Assembly (NCBI GenBank): GCA_902628195.1
Contig: CACOLY010000004.1
Coordinates: 183 to 64,182, forward strand
DNA length: 64,000 nt
From: an uncultured Pelagibacteraceae bacterium
Lineage (GTDB): Bacteria; Pseudomonadota; Alphaproteobacteria; Pelagibacterales; Pelagibacteraceae
Direction of reading: 5' to 3'
The notes beneath the pieces are model-generated. The model saw only the letters and a list, made by a program, of their open reading frames with translations, did not search any database and was not told the origin of the DNA. The translations under genes and the position numbers were made by a program. This document shows positions 39,950-48,473 of this stretch, in pieces (the first letter of the stretch is position 1; every line of letters begins with the position of its first letter).

Positions 39950-41245
39950 TTACTTAATTTTTAGATAGTCACTATTCAATAAGCCCACAGATTTTAGAAG
40001 ATTAAATTGAGAGAGAATGTAATTTTTCTCAGAGTCAACCAGTGAAATTTGGGCATTCAACAGTAAAGAATTAGATTGGATAACTTCCAAAGTTGTCCTA
40101 TCTGAACCACTATTGTACTCAGCAACTATTCCTTCGTTAGCTATTTCAGCAGCATTAACTTGTGCTTTAACTGAATTTAATAAACTCTTATTAGATTGAT
40201 ATAAAGTCCAAGAACTTGCTACATCTGTTTGATTTTTTTTAATTGCATTTTCTAAAAGCAAACTCTTTTGTAATTCAGCACTTTTATTCTTTTTTAAATT
40301 TGCATAATTTTTACCACCTGAAAAAAAAGGCCAAGTAACAGTTGCTTTTAAAGTATCTTTATTTCTTTCATCATAAGTAGAACTTAAATCATTAGTTTGC
40401 GTTCTATCAAAAGATAAAGTGGCTGAAGGAGCCATGTCTGACTTTGCACTATTTGTGTCTTTTTTTGATTGTTCATATTCCAATTTTGCAATTATAAGTT
40501 CTGGATTTCTTTTTTTGGAAATTTGAATTGCCTCTGAAAGTTGTTTTGGTAAATCAACAATTGAAATTGATGATTTATCTAAATTTTCAATATTTGGTAA
40601 ATTTCCAATTACATTTTCATAATTTAACTTAGTGGTTAGTAGATTATTTTCTGCCTCTATTAATTTCGCTTGTGCTTCAGCAAAAGAGGACTCTGACTGA
40701 GCAACATCTGAAAGGCCTATTTGACCTCTTTCAAGTCGAATTTTGTCTGTTTCAACTTGTCTATCTAATAATTCAACATTAGATCTATTAATCGACAATT
40801 TTTCATTGGCTGAAATTAAACCTGTATATGCATCAATAGATTTTAGTAAAATTTCTTGCTCTTTTTTAAGAAGTTTCGCCTCTGCTAAATCAATTCCAAT
40901 TTTACTCTTTGCTAATTCTGAACCTCTTCCTAAATCAATTAATGTCTGAGTTATTTTAATTGATTTTGTCTCTGGACTTACATCTTCAATAGAAGCATCC
41001 GATCCATTTTGATTTGTAAGTTTATCAGTGTCTTCATCACTTTTAGTGCCTTCAATTGTAATAGTTGGAAGATAAGAGCTTTTTGATACATTGTGTTCTT
41101 GTTTTGAAATATTTAAAGTTTCCCTCTCTGCATTAAGTTCTGGGTTTGTTTCGTAAGCTCTTTTCAGTGCTGATGTGAAAGTTTCAGCTAATACAACATT
41201 ATTTAATAAAGCGAATACAAATAATATTTTAAAAAATATTCTCAT
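39950..41245 (-). CDS. tolC: TolC family outer membrane efflux protein
   Basis: Signal peptide; AL..AY..NP.L, duplicated OEP helices, G.RT.LEV. Confidence 0.9.
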   Translation of the reverse strand: MRIFFKILFVFALLNNVVLAETFTSALKRAYETNPELNAERETLNISKQEHNVSKSSYLPTITIEGTKSDEDTDKLTNQNGSDASIEDVSPETKSIKITQTLIDLGRGSELAKSKIGIDLAEAKLLKKEQEILLKSIDAYTGLISANEKLSINRSNVELLDRQVETDKIRLERGQIGLSDVAQSESSFAEAQAKLIEAENNLLTTKLNYENVIGNLPNIENLDKSSISIVDLPKQLSEAIQISKKRNPELIIAKLEYEQSKKDTNSAKSDMAPSATLSFDRTQTNDLSSTYDERNKDTLKATVTWPFFSGGKNYANLKKNKSAELQKSLLLENAIKKNQTDVASSWTLYQSNKSLLNSVKAQVNAAEIANEGIVAEYNSGSDRTTLEVIQSNSLLLNAQISLVDSEKNYILSQFNLLKSVGLLNSDYLKIK

Positions 41246-42165
41246 TTTTTTTTATATACAGCAGATTTAATTTGATGGTTACTATTTAAATTGAATATAA
41301 CTGATGCATATTTAGGCATAGATCTAAACATGTTTTGAGTTATTCTCTGATAAGTTTGCATGAAATTTAATACATCTCCCTTACTCATAATTTTTGATTT
41401 CACCTTACTTGTGACCCAAAGTTTTCTTTCTTGTTTTAATCTCCATTTTTGTAACAAACTAAAATTTTTTGCTTTTAAATAAACCAAACAATTTAATTGC
41501 GAATATAAGTTTTTGTACTTTGATTTCAATTGATGATTAACATATTTTCTCCAAATCTGTTTTTGATCTTGTGCCTTTTCCAATGAATTAATTGTTTTCT
41601 TTAAAGTATTATTTTTTTCTGATTTTGCACCAACACACCATCCTTCAAAAATAATAACATCTGGTCTCCTTTTTAAATTATACCATCTTTTTTTATCAAA
41701 TCTGTCATCGATAGCTTTATTGAAAGTCGGTAAACTTAATCTTTTAAATTTCTTACTTTTTGACTTTTTAAAGAAATTTAACATCATATTAATATCATGA
41801 GTTCCGGGAACTCCTCTTGTTAAAAGTATAGGATGAACTTTTTTTGATAAATTTATTCGCTCTTTTCTTGTTTTATAGAAGTCATCTATTGAAATTCTAA
41901 AAACATTTAATTTAAAGTATTTTGTTAATATAATTCTGATTAAAGAACTGATTGTAGTTTTACCAGTTCCTTGCCCTCCTGCTAATCCTACAAAATATGG
42001 TTTTTTTTTATCAGCTTTTTTACCGATCCAAAAACATAAAGGAATTAAGAAAGATTTAATCATTCTTTCTTTATTTTTAAATTTATCTGCTTTTGTCTCT
42101 TGAGATTTGATAAACTTTAAACAGTCTTTTTTTACCTTACTGAAGCATAAACTGAATTTTTGCAT
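41242..42165 (-). CDS. P-loop kinase of the D-glycerate 3-kinase (GLYK/Tda10) / PRK-uridine kinase superfamily
   Basis: GLAGGQGTGKTT, SIDDFY, RGVPGTHD, IIFEGWCVG, W.W...QE. Confidence 0.75.
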   Translation of the reverse strand: MQKFSLCFSKVKKDCLKFIKSQETKADKFKNKERMIKSFLIPLCFWIGKKADKKKPYFVGLAGGQGTGKTTISSLIRIILTKYFKLNVFRISIDDFYKTRKERINLSKKVHPILLTRGVPGTHDINMMLNFFKKSKSKKFKRLSLPTFNKAIDDRFDKKRWYNLKRRPDVIIFEGWCVGAKSEKNNTLKKTINSLEKAQDQKQIWRKYVNHQLKSKYKNLYSQLNCLVYLKAKNFSLLQKWRLKQERKLWVTSKVKSKIMSKGDVLNFMQTYQRITQNMFRSMPKYASVIFNLNSNHQIKSAVYKKK

Positions 42166-42170
42166 AAAAA

Positions 42171-42533
42171 TTATTTTTTATCTAATGGATGATTTTGACC
42201 ATCATTTACTGGAACTTCTTTCATATCAAAAGTATTTATTTCATCAATACAGCCAACATTGAATCCAGTCATTGCTGGATTTATTCTTGGGTTGTGATGA
42301 GTATAAATTCCACATTCAGAGCAAAAATAATGTTTGGCAACTTTTGAATGAAATTGATAAAGTTTTAATTTGTCTTCTCCTTTGGTAATTTTAAAATCTT
42401 CATTTTTTACCATAGACATGATTGCTCCTTTTCTTTTACATATAGAACAATTACATTTAATTACTTTAGCCAAATCTCCATCTAAATTAATTTCTGCTTC
42501 AACTGCTCCACAATGACAAATTAGTTTTTTCAT
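42171..42533 (-). CDS. GFA/CENP-V family Zn-binding protein
   Basis: CHCGAV, CNCSIC, HYFC..CG. Confidence 0.9.
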   Translation of the reverse strand: MKKLICHCGAVEAEINLDGDLAKVIKCNCSICKRKGAIMSMVKNEDFKITKGEDKLKLYQFHSKVAKHYFCSECGIYTHHNPRINPAMTGFNVGCIDEINTFDMKEVPVNDGQNHPLDKK

Positions 42534-42566
42534 ATTGATATTAAATCAAACTATCCTTGGTTGAAG

Positions 42567-42575
42567 TTATCCACA
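42567..42575 (+). promoter_or_regulatory. Perfect DnaA-box consensus (TTATCCACA) in the GFA/umuD intergenic region
   Basis: Exact 9-mer present; function not demonstrated. Confidence 0.4.
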
Positions 42576-42650
42576 AGCATACAAAATGTAGTTTTGATGT
42601 TCACGTTTTGATTCACTTTTGATTCAATTACGGACTCAAAATACAACCTC

Positions 42651-42697
42651 TTGCGTGCATTGTATAAATGCGCTATAAATTAGAACAAAACAAGAAC
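42651..42697 (+). promoter_or_regulatory. umuDC promoter with LexA box GAAC-N7-GAAC
   Basis: TTGCGT (42651-56), a 17-nt spacer, TATAAA (42674-79), then GAAC-AAAACAA-GAAC (42683-97) abutting the ATG at 42698. Confidence 0.85.
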
Positions 42698-43093
42698 ATG
42701 AAACTAACTGTCCCTTATTATCTACATAAAGCTGGTGCTGGTTTTCCATCACCTGCTACTGATTATATCGAAGAAGACATTGATCTGAACATGCATTTAA
42801 TCAAAAATGTTCCGGCCACTTTCATTATTAGAGTTCAAGGAAAATCAATGGTCGATGTTGGAATTAATGATGGAGATTTATTAGTTGTCGATAAAAGTTT
42901 AAAGCCAAAAAACTTTTCAACAGTTATTGCAAATGTTCATGATGAACTTGTAGTTAAAACTTTAGTTCAAGAAAGAGATAAAAAATTTCTAACATCTGGA
43001 TCTAAAGATTTTTCAAATAGAATTTTAATTAACGAGGAAGAAGATGTTTTTATTTGGGGGGTTGTGACTTATGTCATCCATTCAACATACTAA
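42698..43093 (+). CDS. umuD: UmuD-like S24 peptidase (Pol V accessory); probable start at 42698
   Basis: AGFPSPA cleavage-site motif, V.G.SM (Ser), VVK.L (Lys), IWGVVT.VI. Confidence 0.92.
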   Translation: MKLTVPYYLHKAGAGFPSPATDYIEEDIDLNMHLIKNVPATFIIRVQGKSMVDVGINDGDLLVVDKSLKPKNFSTVIANVHDELVVKTLVQERDKKFLTSGSKDFSNRILINEEEDVFIWGVVTYVIHSTY

Positions 43094-44348
43094 AAAATTA
43101 GCTTTAGTTGATTGTAATTCTTTTTATGTTTCTTGTGAAAGATTATTTAATCCAAGAATAAGAAGAAAACCTGTTGTAGTTTTATCTAATAATGATGGCT
43201 GTATTATTTCAAGATCTAATGAAGCAAAAGCTTTAGGAATTAAAATGGGTGAACCCTATTTTAAAGCAAAAGATGTCATTGTTAAAAATAAAGTTGAAGT
43301 TTTTTCATCAAATTATTCTTTATATGGAGATTTATCTAGAAGAGTAATGAGAACTCTTAAAAGATTTAATACAGAAATAGAAGTTTACTCAATTGATGAG
43401 GCATTTATAGATTTATCTAATTTTCCAGACTCTGAAGTTGAAAAAGTTGGAAGAGAAATTAGAGAAACAGTTCTACAATGGACTGGAATCCCGACTAGTA
43501 TCGGCATTGCTAAAACTAAAACTTTAAGCAAAGTAGCAAATCATATTGCAAAGAAAAAACAATCAGGTGTTGTTAGCTTAGTTGGCATAGAAAATTTAGA
43601 TCCAATTTTAGAAAAAGTTGAAATCAATGATATATGGGGTGTTGGTAGGCAACTTACAAAATTTTATCAAAAAAATGGAATTTATAATGCAAAGCAACTT
43701 AAGAATAAATCTAATACTTGGATTAAAAAATGTTCTAATGTTTTAAGTTCTAGAACTGCAATGGAACTTAGAGGCATTCCTTGTATCAATTTAGAAACCA
43801 CACAAACAAAAAGAAAAAGTTGTGTCGTGTCAAGATCGTTTGGTAAAAGAATTGAAAAGTTTCAAGAACTAAAAGAAGCAGTTGCAAACTATTGTTTAAA
43901 TGCATCTGAAAAAATTAGATCCGAGTCTTTAGTTGCGAAAGCAATTACGGTATTTGTTAGAACTAGTCCTTTTCAAAGAGATTATGGTTATTATTCAAAT
44001 GCAAAAACAATCGACTTTCCAATTGCAACAAACAATAGTATTGAAACAGTTAAAACTGCAGTTTCAATTCTAGAAAGTATTTTCAAAAATGGTTATCGTT
44101 ATCAAAAAGCAGGTGTGATGCTCACAGGATTACGTAATGATGATGTAAGAAAAAATTTATTTTCATCTGAAAAAGATGAAAAAATAAAAAGTTTAATGCG
44201 ATCAATTGATAATACTAATTATAGATATGGCAGATCAACTTTAAGTCTTGCAAGTGCTGGGGTTCATAAAAGATGGAATATGCGAAGACAATATTCTTCT
44301 AAAATAGATACTGCTGATTTCTATTCATTACCAAGAATAAAAATTTAA
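43071..44348 (+). CDS. umuC: Y-family translesion polymerase UmuC
   Basis: LVDCNSFYVSCE, VVLSNNDGC.I, SSNY.LYGDLS, YSIDEAF, SRSFG, W.MRR...S. Confidence 0.95.
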   Translation: MSSIQHTKKLALVDCNSFYVSCERLFNPRIRRKPVVVLSNNDGCIISRSNEAKALGIKMGEPYFKAKDVIVKNKVEVFSSNYSLYGDLSRRVMRTLKRFNTEIEVYSIDEAFIDLSNFPDSEVEKVGREIRETVLQWTGIPTSIGIAKTKTLSKVANHIAKKKQSGVVSLVGIENLDPILEKVEINDIWGVGRQLTKFYQKNGIYNAKQLKNKSNTWIKKCSNVLSSRTAMELRGIPCINLETTQTKRKSCVVSRSFGKRIEKFQELKEAVANYCLNASEKIRSESLVAKAITVFVRTSPFQRDYGYYSNAKTIDFPIATNNSIETVKTAVSILESIFKNGYRYQKAGVMLTGLRNDDVRKNLFSSEKDEKIKSLMRSIDNTNYRYGRSTLSLASAGVHKRWNMRRQYSSKIDTADFYSLPRIKI

Positions 44349-44391
44349 GGTTTATAATTGTTAATTAGTATAATTTTTTAAAGACCCTACA

Positions 44392-45132
44392 TTACTTCTT
44401 ATTTTTTAAAATTATATTAGTGTATGTAAAAGTAGTGGTTCCAGTATCTCCTATACGATACATACCTATTTTGATATAAGGTTTATTTGGACCATACGGG
44501 CCATCTGTTCTTTTTTTAATTATTGGAACATTCAAGTTTTGAATTATTAACTCTCCCTCTAAAAAGTACTTGGCAGAAATAATTTTTTCTTTTTTATTAT
44601 ATTCAATCTCAGCTCGGAATTTTTTATTATCTCCTGGTTTTAAGTATGCGTCATAGCTGACTTGTTTACATTTTGGTTTAAAACATTCAGTAGCATGCTG
44701 ATTTCTGACAGCCCAATCTCTACTAACTTGAACCATTGAAGGCGGTTTTCCAGAAGATCTACCATCATGTATTTGAAAAAAATGAGACCGATACTGTGGT
44801 GCTCCATCAGGCTGTATATTAGCTTCAAATATTGTGAAACCTGGGCTAAGTTTATGAGTAATTTCTTGTCTACCGGAATATTTATATCCTCCTGTTGGTT
44901 TTTTGTCTGATTTACATTTACCAATTTCACCTTTGTCTAACTTGAACACTGCGCTTTCAACTTTAAATGAATTTTTATTATAACTTTTTTTTGGTTTTCC
45001 ATTAATCACTAAGGCTTCTTTGTCTGTTAGGCCACAAGAAATCTTCCACTTATTTTGAATTTTCCATTCATCAGCAATAGAAAAATTATTAAATAAAAAA
45101 AATAAAATTGTAGTTACAAATAATTTTTTCAT
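44392..45132 (-). CDS. Secreted protein, polysaccharide-lyase / heparin-lyase-like beta-jelly-roll (tentative)
   Basis: Signal peptide MKKLFVTTILFFLFNNFSIA; motifs GRQEI, FFQIHDG and PYIKIGMYR. Confidence 0.55.
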   Translation of the reverse strand: MKKLFVTTILFFLFNNFSIADEWKIQNKWKISCGLTDKEALVINGKPKKSYNKNSFKVESAVFKLDKGEIGKCKSDKKPTGGYKYSGRQEITHKLSPGFTIFEANIQPDGAPQYRSHFFQIHDGRSSGKPPSMVQVSRDWAVRNQHATECFKPKCKQVSYDAYLKPGDNKKFRAEIEYNKKEKIISAKYFLEGELIIQNLNVPIIKKRTDGPYGPNKPYIKIGMYRIGDTGTTTFTYTNIILKNKK

Positions 45133-45141
45133 TGTATTAAA

Positions 45142-46014
45142 TTATTTAATTTCTTCTATACTATCTATATTGGATAATGCCTTATCAAATTCATCCATAT
45201 TTTCTCTTAAAGCTAAACTTGAAATTGAATAAATCATTATCAATAAAAATACTAAAGGTATGGCTGTAATAACGCTTGCATTACTTTTTATAATCAAAAT
45301 ATAAACAATTATAAATAAAGCTGAACGGACCAAAACTGTTTTTCTAAAAACACTTATAATTGAAAGAGAATGTTTTAGAAGGTTAAAAAAACTCATCTTT
45401 GAAGGTCCAAAATATCTAGGACCTCTACTAGACGGTATTGGTAATAAATCTTCCTCTAGTTTTGTCAAAGAGCCAGAAAAACTATTCCATGTAGCTTTTT
45501 CGTTAATCATTTTTTCAACAATAGTTTTTGGCAAGCAAGTATAATTTCCAAATCTAATCGATTTACCTGTAAAAGTTAAAGTAATTAATTTATGCATTTG
45601 ATAACAAATTTTAAAAATCAGACCCTCTGATCTTTTTACTCTTTGTCCTATAATAGCTCTACCATTAGACTCATCTATTTTATTTAAAAATTCTTTTATT
45701 TCTTCTGGTCTATCTTCTCCATCTCCATCCATAGGAATAATGTAATCAAATTCTTCTTTTTGATAAATATATTTTAATCCAGTGGCAATACATCTTGCGT
45801 GACCTTGATTTATTTTCATATTGATAATTTTTAAAGATTGAAAATTTTCGTAATCTTTTTTATTATTTGGACGATCATGATTTGATGCGTCATTAACTAT
45901 GATTATAGAAATTTGAAATTTTGGATCAATCGATAAACCATTGATTTCGTCAATTAATTTAAAGGTTGATTGCCAATCATTATATACTGGAATTAAAATT
46001 TTGATTTTCATCAA
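45142..46014 (-). CDS. GT2 glycosyltransferase (polyprenyl-phosphate sugar synthase-like)
   Basis: LIPVYND, VND.S, N.GH...IA.G, MDGDGED.P, C-terminal TM segments. Confidence 0.85.
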   Translation of the reverse strand: MMKIKILIPVYNDWQSTFKLIDEINGLSIDPKFQISIIIVNDASNHDRPNNKKDYENFQSLKIINMKINQGHARCIATGLKYIYQKEEFDYIIPMDGDGEDRPEEIKEFLNKIDESNGRAIIGQRVKRSEGLIFKICYQMHKLITLTFTGKSIRFGNYTCLPKTIVEKMINEKATWNSFSGSLTKLEEDLLPIPSSRGPRYFGPSKMSFFNLLKHSLSIISVFRKTVLVRSALFIIVYILIIKSNASVITAIPLVFLLIMIYSISSLALRENMDEFDKALSNIDSIEEIK

Positions 46015-47021
46015 TTAATTTTTTTCAACCATTCATTCTTTGTTTTTTCGTCCAAAAAAGATGATTTAAAGGAATTCTTAATCAATATTTTTACGTGGTT
46101 TAATTCTAAATTTAGAGCATTTGCAGTATCAATTAAATTTTTATTTAAGTAACCACCAAAATATGCAGGATCATCTGAATTCACCATTGCTCTTAAGCCT
46201 TTATCTAACATTTGTTTTAAATTGTGATTTTCTAATTTGTCAAAAACACATAACTTAACATTAGATAATGGACATACGGTTAATGGAATTTTATCTTTTT
46301 TTAATCTATTTACCAACTTTTCATCTCTAAGACATTGTACACCATGATCAATCCTTTTTACTTTTAATAAATTTATACTATCCCAAATATATTCTGGTGG
46401 ACCTTCTTCACCAGCATGTGCAACTGTTAGAAAACCCTCTTCCATAGCTTTTTCAAATAATGACTTAAATTTTGTTGGAGGATTTCCTTTTTCAGATGAG
46501 TCCAAACCTACACCGATAATCTTATCTTTATATTTACATGCTTCTTTTAATACTTCAAAACAAGAATCTTCGTCTAAATGTCTTAAAAAACACATTATAA
46601 TTTTAGAAGAAATATTAAATTCTTTTTCAGCTTTTTTTAAAGCTTTATCAATACCATTAATTATTTTATCAAATCTAACTCCTCTTACTAAATGCGACTG
46701 AGGATCAAAAAAAATTTCAGTATGGACAATATTATCTTCCTTGCATCTTAAAATATATTCCCAAGTTAGATCAAAAAAATCTTCTTCATTAATTAAAACG
46801 TTAGAACCTTCATAATAAATTTTTAAAAATGAATCTAAATTAGTAAAATTATAAGCAGATTTTATCTCCTCAACTGATTTAAATGGAATCTCAACTTTGT
46901 TACGTTTAGATAACTTAAACATTAATTCGGGCTCTAAACTTCCTTCAATATGAAGGTGCAATTCAGCTTTAGGTGTTTTATTAATATAATTAATAATTTG
47001 TTCAGACATTTTAATTTCCAA
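46011..47021 (-). CDS. add: Adenosine/adenine deaminase family protein
   Basis: PKAELHLHIEGSLEP, VAHAGEE, RIDHG, CPLSN, NSDDPAYFG. Confidence 0.92.
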   Translation of the reverse strand: MEIKMSEQIINYINKTPKAELHLHIEGSLEPELMFKLSKRNKVEIPFKSVEEIKSAYNFTNLDSFLKIYYEGSNVLINEEDFFDLTWEYILRCKEDNIVHTEIFFDPQSHLVRGVRFDKIINGIDKALKKAEKEFNISSKIIMCFLRHLDEDSCFEVLKEACKYKDKIIGVGLDSSEKGNPPTKFKSLFEKAMEEGFLTVAHAGEEGPPEYIWDSINLLKVKRIDHGVQCLRDEKLVNRLKKDKIPLTVCPLSNVKLCVFDKLENHNLKQMLDKGLRAMVNSDDPAYFGGYLNKNLIDTANALNLELNHVKILIKNSFKSSFLDEKTKNEWLKKIN

Positions 47022-48396
47022 TCATACAAAAACCTTGTTTTTTAATCTTACCATATATTCCAGGACATACTTGTTTTAAAACATCCGCGTTTCCAGTATA
47101 AACAACTCCCCCATCTTTATCTAACTTGTCGGCTTTGCCTTTAATTGAACTAAACCATATGGGTCTTGATGAAATATGATAAGATAAATTGCCTGCATGC
47201 CACTCATCACCAACTACATATTTTATTTCATTAGAAAAATTTTTGTCCCATCTTCTCTCAACTAGTTCTGCTATTTCTCTTCCAGGATAATCTGTTCTTT
47301 TATTTTTTTCTGAAATAGAAACGTAAGAATAGATAGACGGAGATAATATAAATAGAAATAAAAAAGCACAAAGAAATGATCTTATCTTTTTTAAGTTTAT
47401 TTGGGATTGAAATATGTAAATAAATAATACACCAAAGAATAAATAAAATGGTGTCATCCACATTGTTCTTATTCTAGATCCCATTAAAATAGACGTAGCC
47501 AAAATTAAAAATATTGGAAATAAATTAACAAATAATAAAAAGATTAATTTTTTATCTTTTAAATTTAATTTTAAATTAAATTTATTTATAATTAGTAATC
47601 CTAATACCAAAAATGGTATTAATGTTCCAATTTGTTTAACTAAAAATATTCCAGGATATTTAATATGATTAAATAGGCTTGAACTGTCTAAACTTGTTCT
47701 TTTTAAACCATAACTCAAAGTAACGAAATCATTATTAAATAACCAAATTAAATGTGGTACCAATAAAACTAAAAATACCTCTATTATTATAAGATATTTA
47801 AAATCAAATTTTTTTAATTTTTTTACAAAGATTATATAAATGAATAATGCAACAATTGATAATAACAAATACAAAAATAAATATTTTGATAGAAAACCAA
47901 TTGCACCAAATAAACCAATTAAAAAACAATGAAAAAATTTTATATTTTTAGCATTATAAATTTTCCAAGAATAATAAACAGTTAATGACCAGAAAGGTAA
48001 TTGACAAACATTTACATTAAACTCTGGAGTAGTAAAATTAAAAAAATAAATAGACTCTATCAACAAAACAGATAATAAACCCAGTTTAATATTTTTAAAA
48101 ATTTCGGTTGAGAGCTTGAAGACATAATAAAAAGCAATCACAACAAAAATTTGACTTAATAAATAAAAAGCCCAATCTTGCGCTCCAAATATTTGAAAAA
48201 ACATTTCTGGAAAAAAAGCACTTCCTGGTGGATGTTTGTTAAAACCCCAGTCTAAATTACTTCCCCAAGCCAAAGCTTCTATTACATCCAAAGGTAAGTT
48301 TTTATTAGTAATAGTTGGAACAGCCGTCCATATAATTAAGTGGGCAAGTATAAATATAAAAAAAATATTTGTAATATTTCTTTTTAAAACATTCAT
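47011..48396 (-). CDS. GT-C fold membrane glycosyltransferase (GT39/ArnT-like)
   Basis: D..EAL.WG..L.WG..KHPP, multiple TM segments, LSKY, PHL.W. Confidence 0.8.
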   Translation of the reverse strand: MNVLKRNITNIFFIFILAHLIIWTAVPTITNKNLPLDVIEALAWGSNLDWGFNKHPPGSAFFPEMFFQIFGAQDWAFYLLSQIFVVIAFYYVFKLSTEIFKNIKLGLLSVLLIESIYFFNFTTPEFNVNVCQLPFWSLTVYYSWKIYNAKNIKFFHCFLIGLFGAIGFLSKYLFLYLLLSIVALFIYIIFVKKLKKFDFKYLIIIEVFLVLLVPHLIWLFNNDFVTLSYGLKRTSLDSSSLFNHIKYPGIFLVKQIGTLIPFLVLGLLIINKFNLKLNLKDKKLIFLLFVNLFPIFLILATSILMGSRIRTMWMTPFYLFFGVLFIYIFQSQINLKKIRSFLCAFLFLFILSPSIYSYVSISEKNKRTDYPGREIAELVERRWDKNFSNEIKYVVGDEWHAGNLSYHISSRPIWFSSIKGKADKLDKDGGVVYTGNADVLKQVCPGIYGKIKKQGFCMIGN

Positions 48397-48425
48397 TACC
48401 GATTATTTACAATAATTAAGCTGCC

Positions 48426-48460
48426 TTGACACTATTAATTTGCTGAATATACTGCCTCGG
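48426..48460 (+). promoter_or_regulatory. sigma70-type dksA promoter with GC-rich discriminator
   Basis: TTGACA (48426-31), a 16-nt spacer, TATACT (48448-53), then GCCTCGG. Confidence 0.7.
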
Positions 48461-48473
48461 TTTAAATTAAGAT

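Noticed and set aside
42534-42697. Calling this intergenic region the replication origin
   Set aside because: Only one perfect DnaA box, no clear unwinding element, and none of the usual alphaproteobacterial origin neighbours (hemE, parAB, gidAB) are nearby. Kept only as a regulatory hypothesis.
42698-45132. Prophage or ICE interpretation of umuDC plus the adjacent hypothetical gene (also the MazG-like and 2OG genes, families common in phages)
   Set aside because: No integrase, att-like repeats, tRNA target or structural genes were seen, and base composition looks like the flanks.
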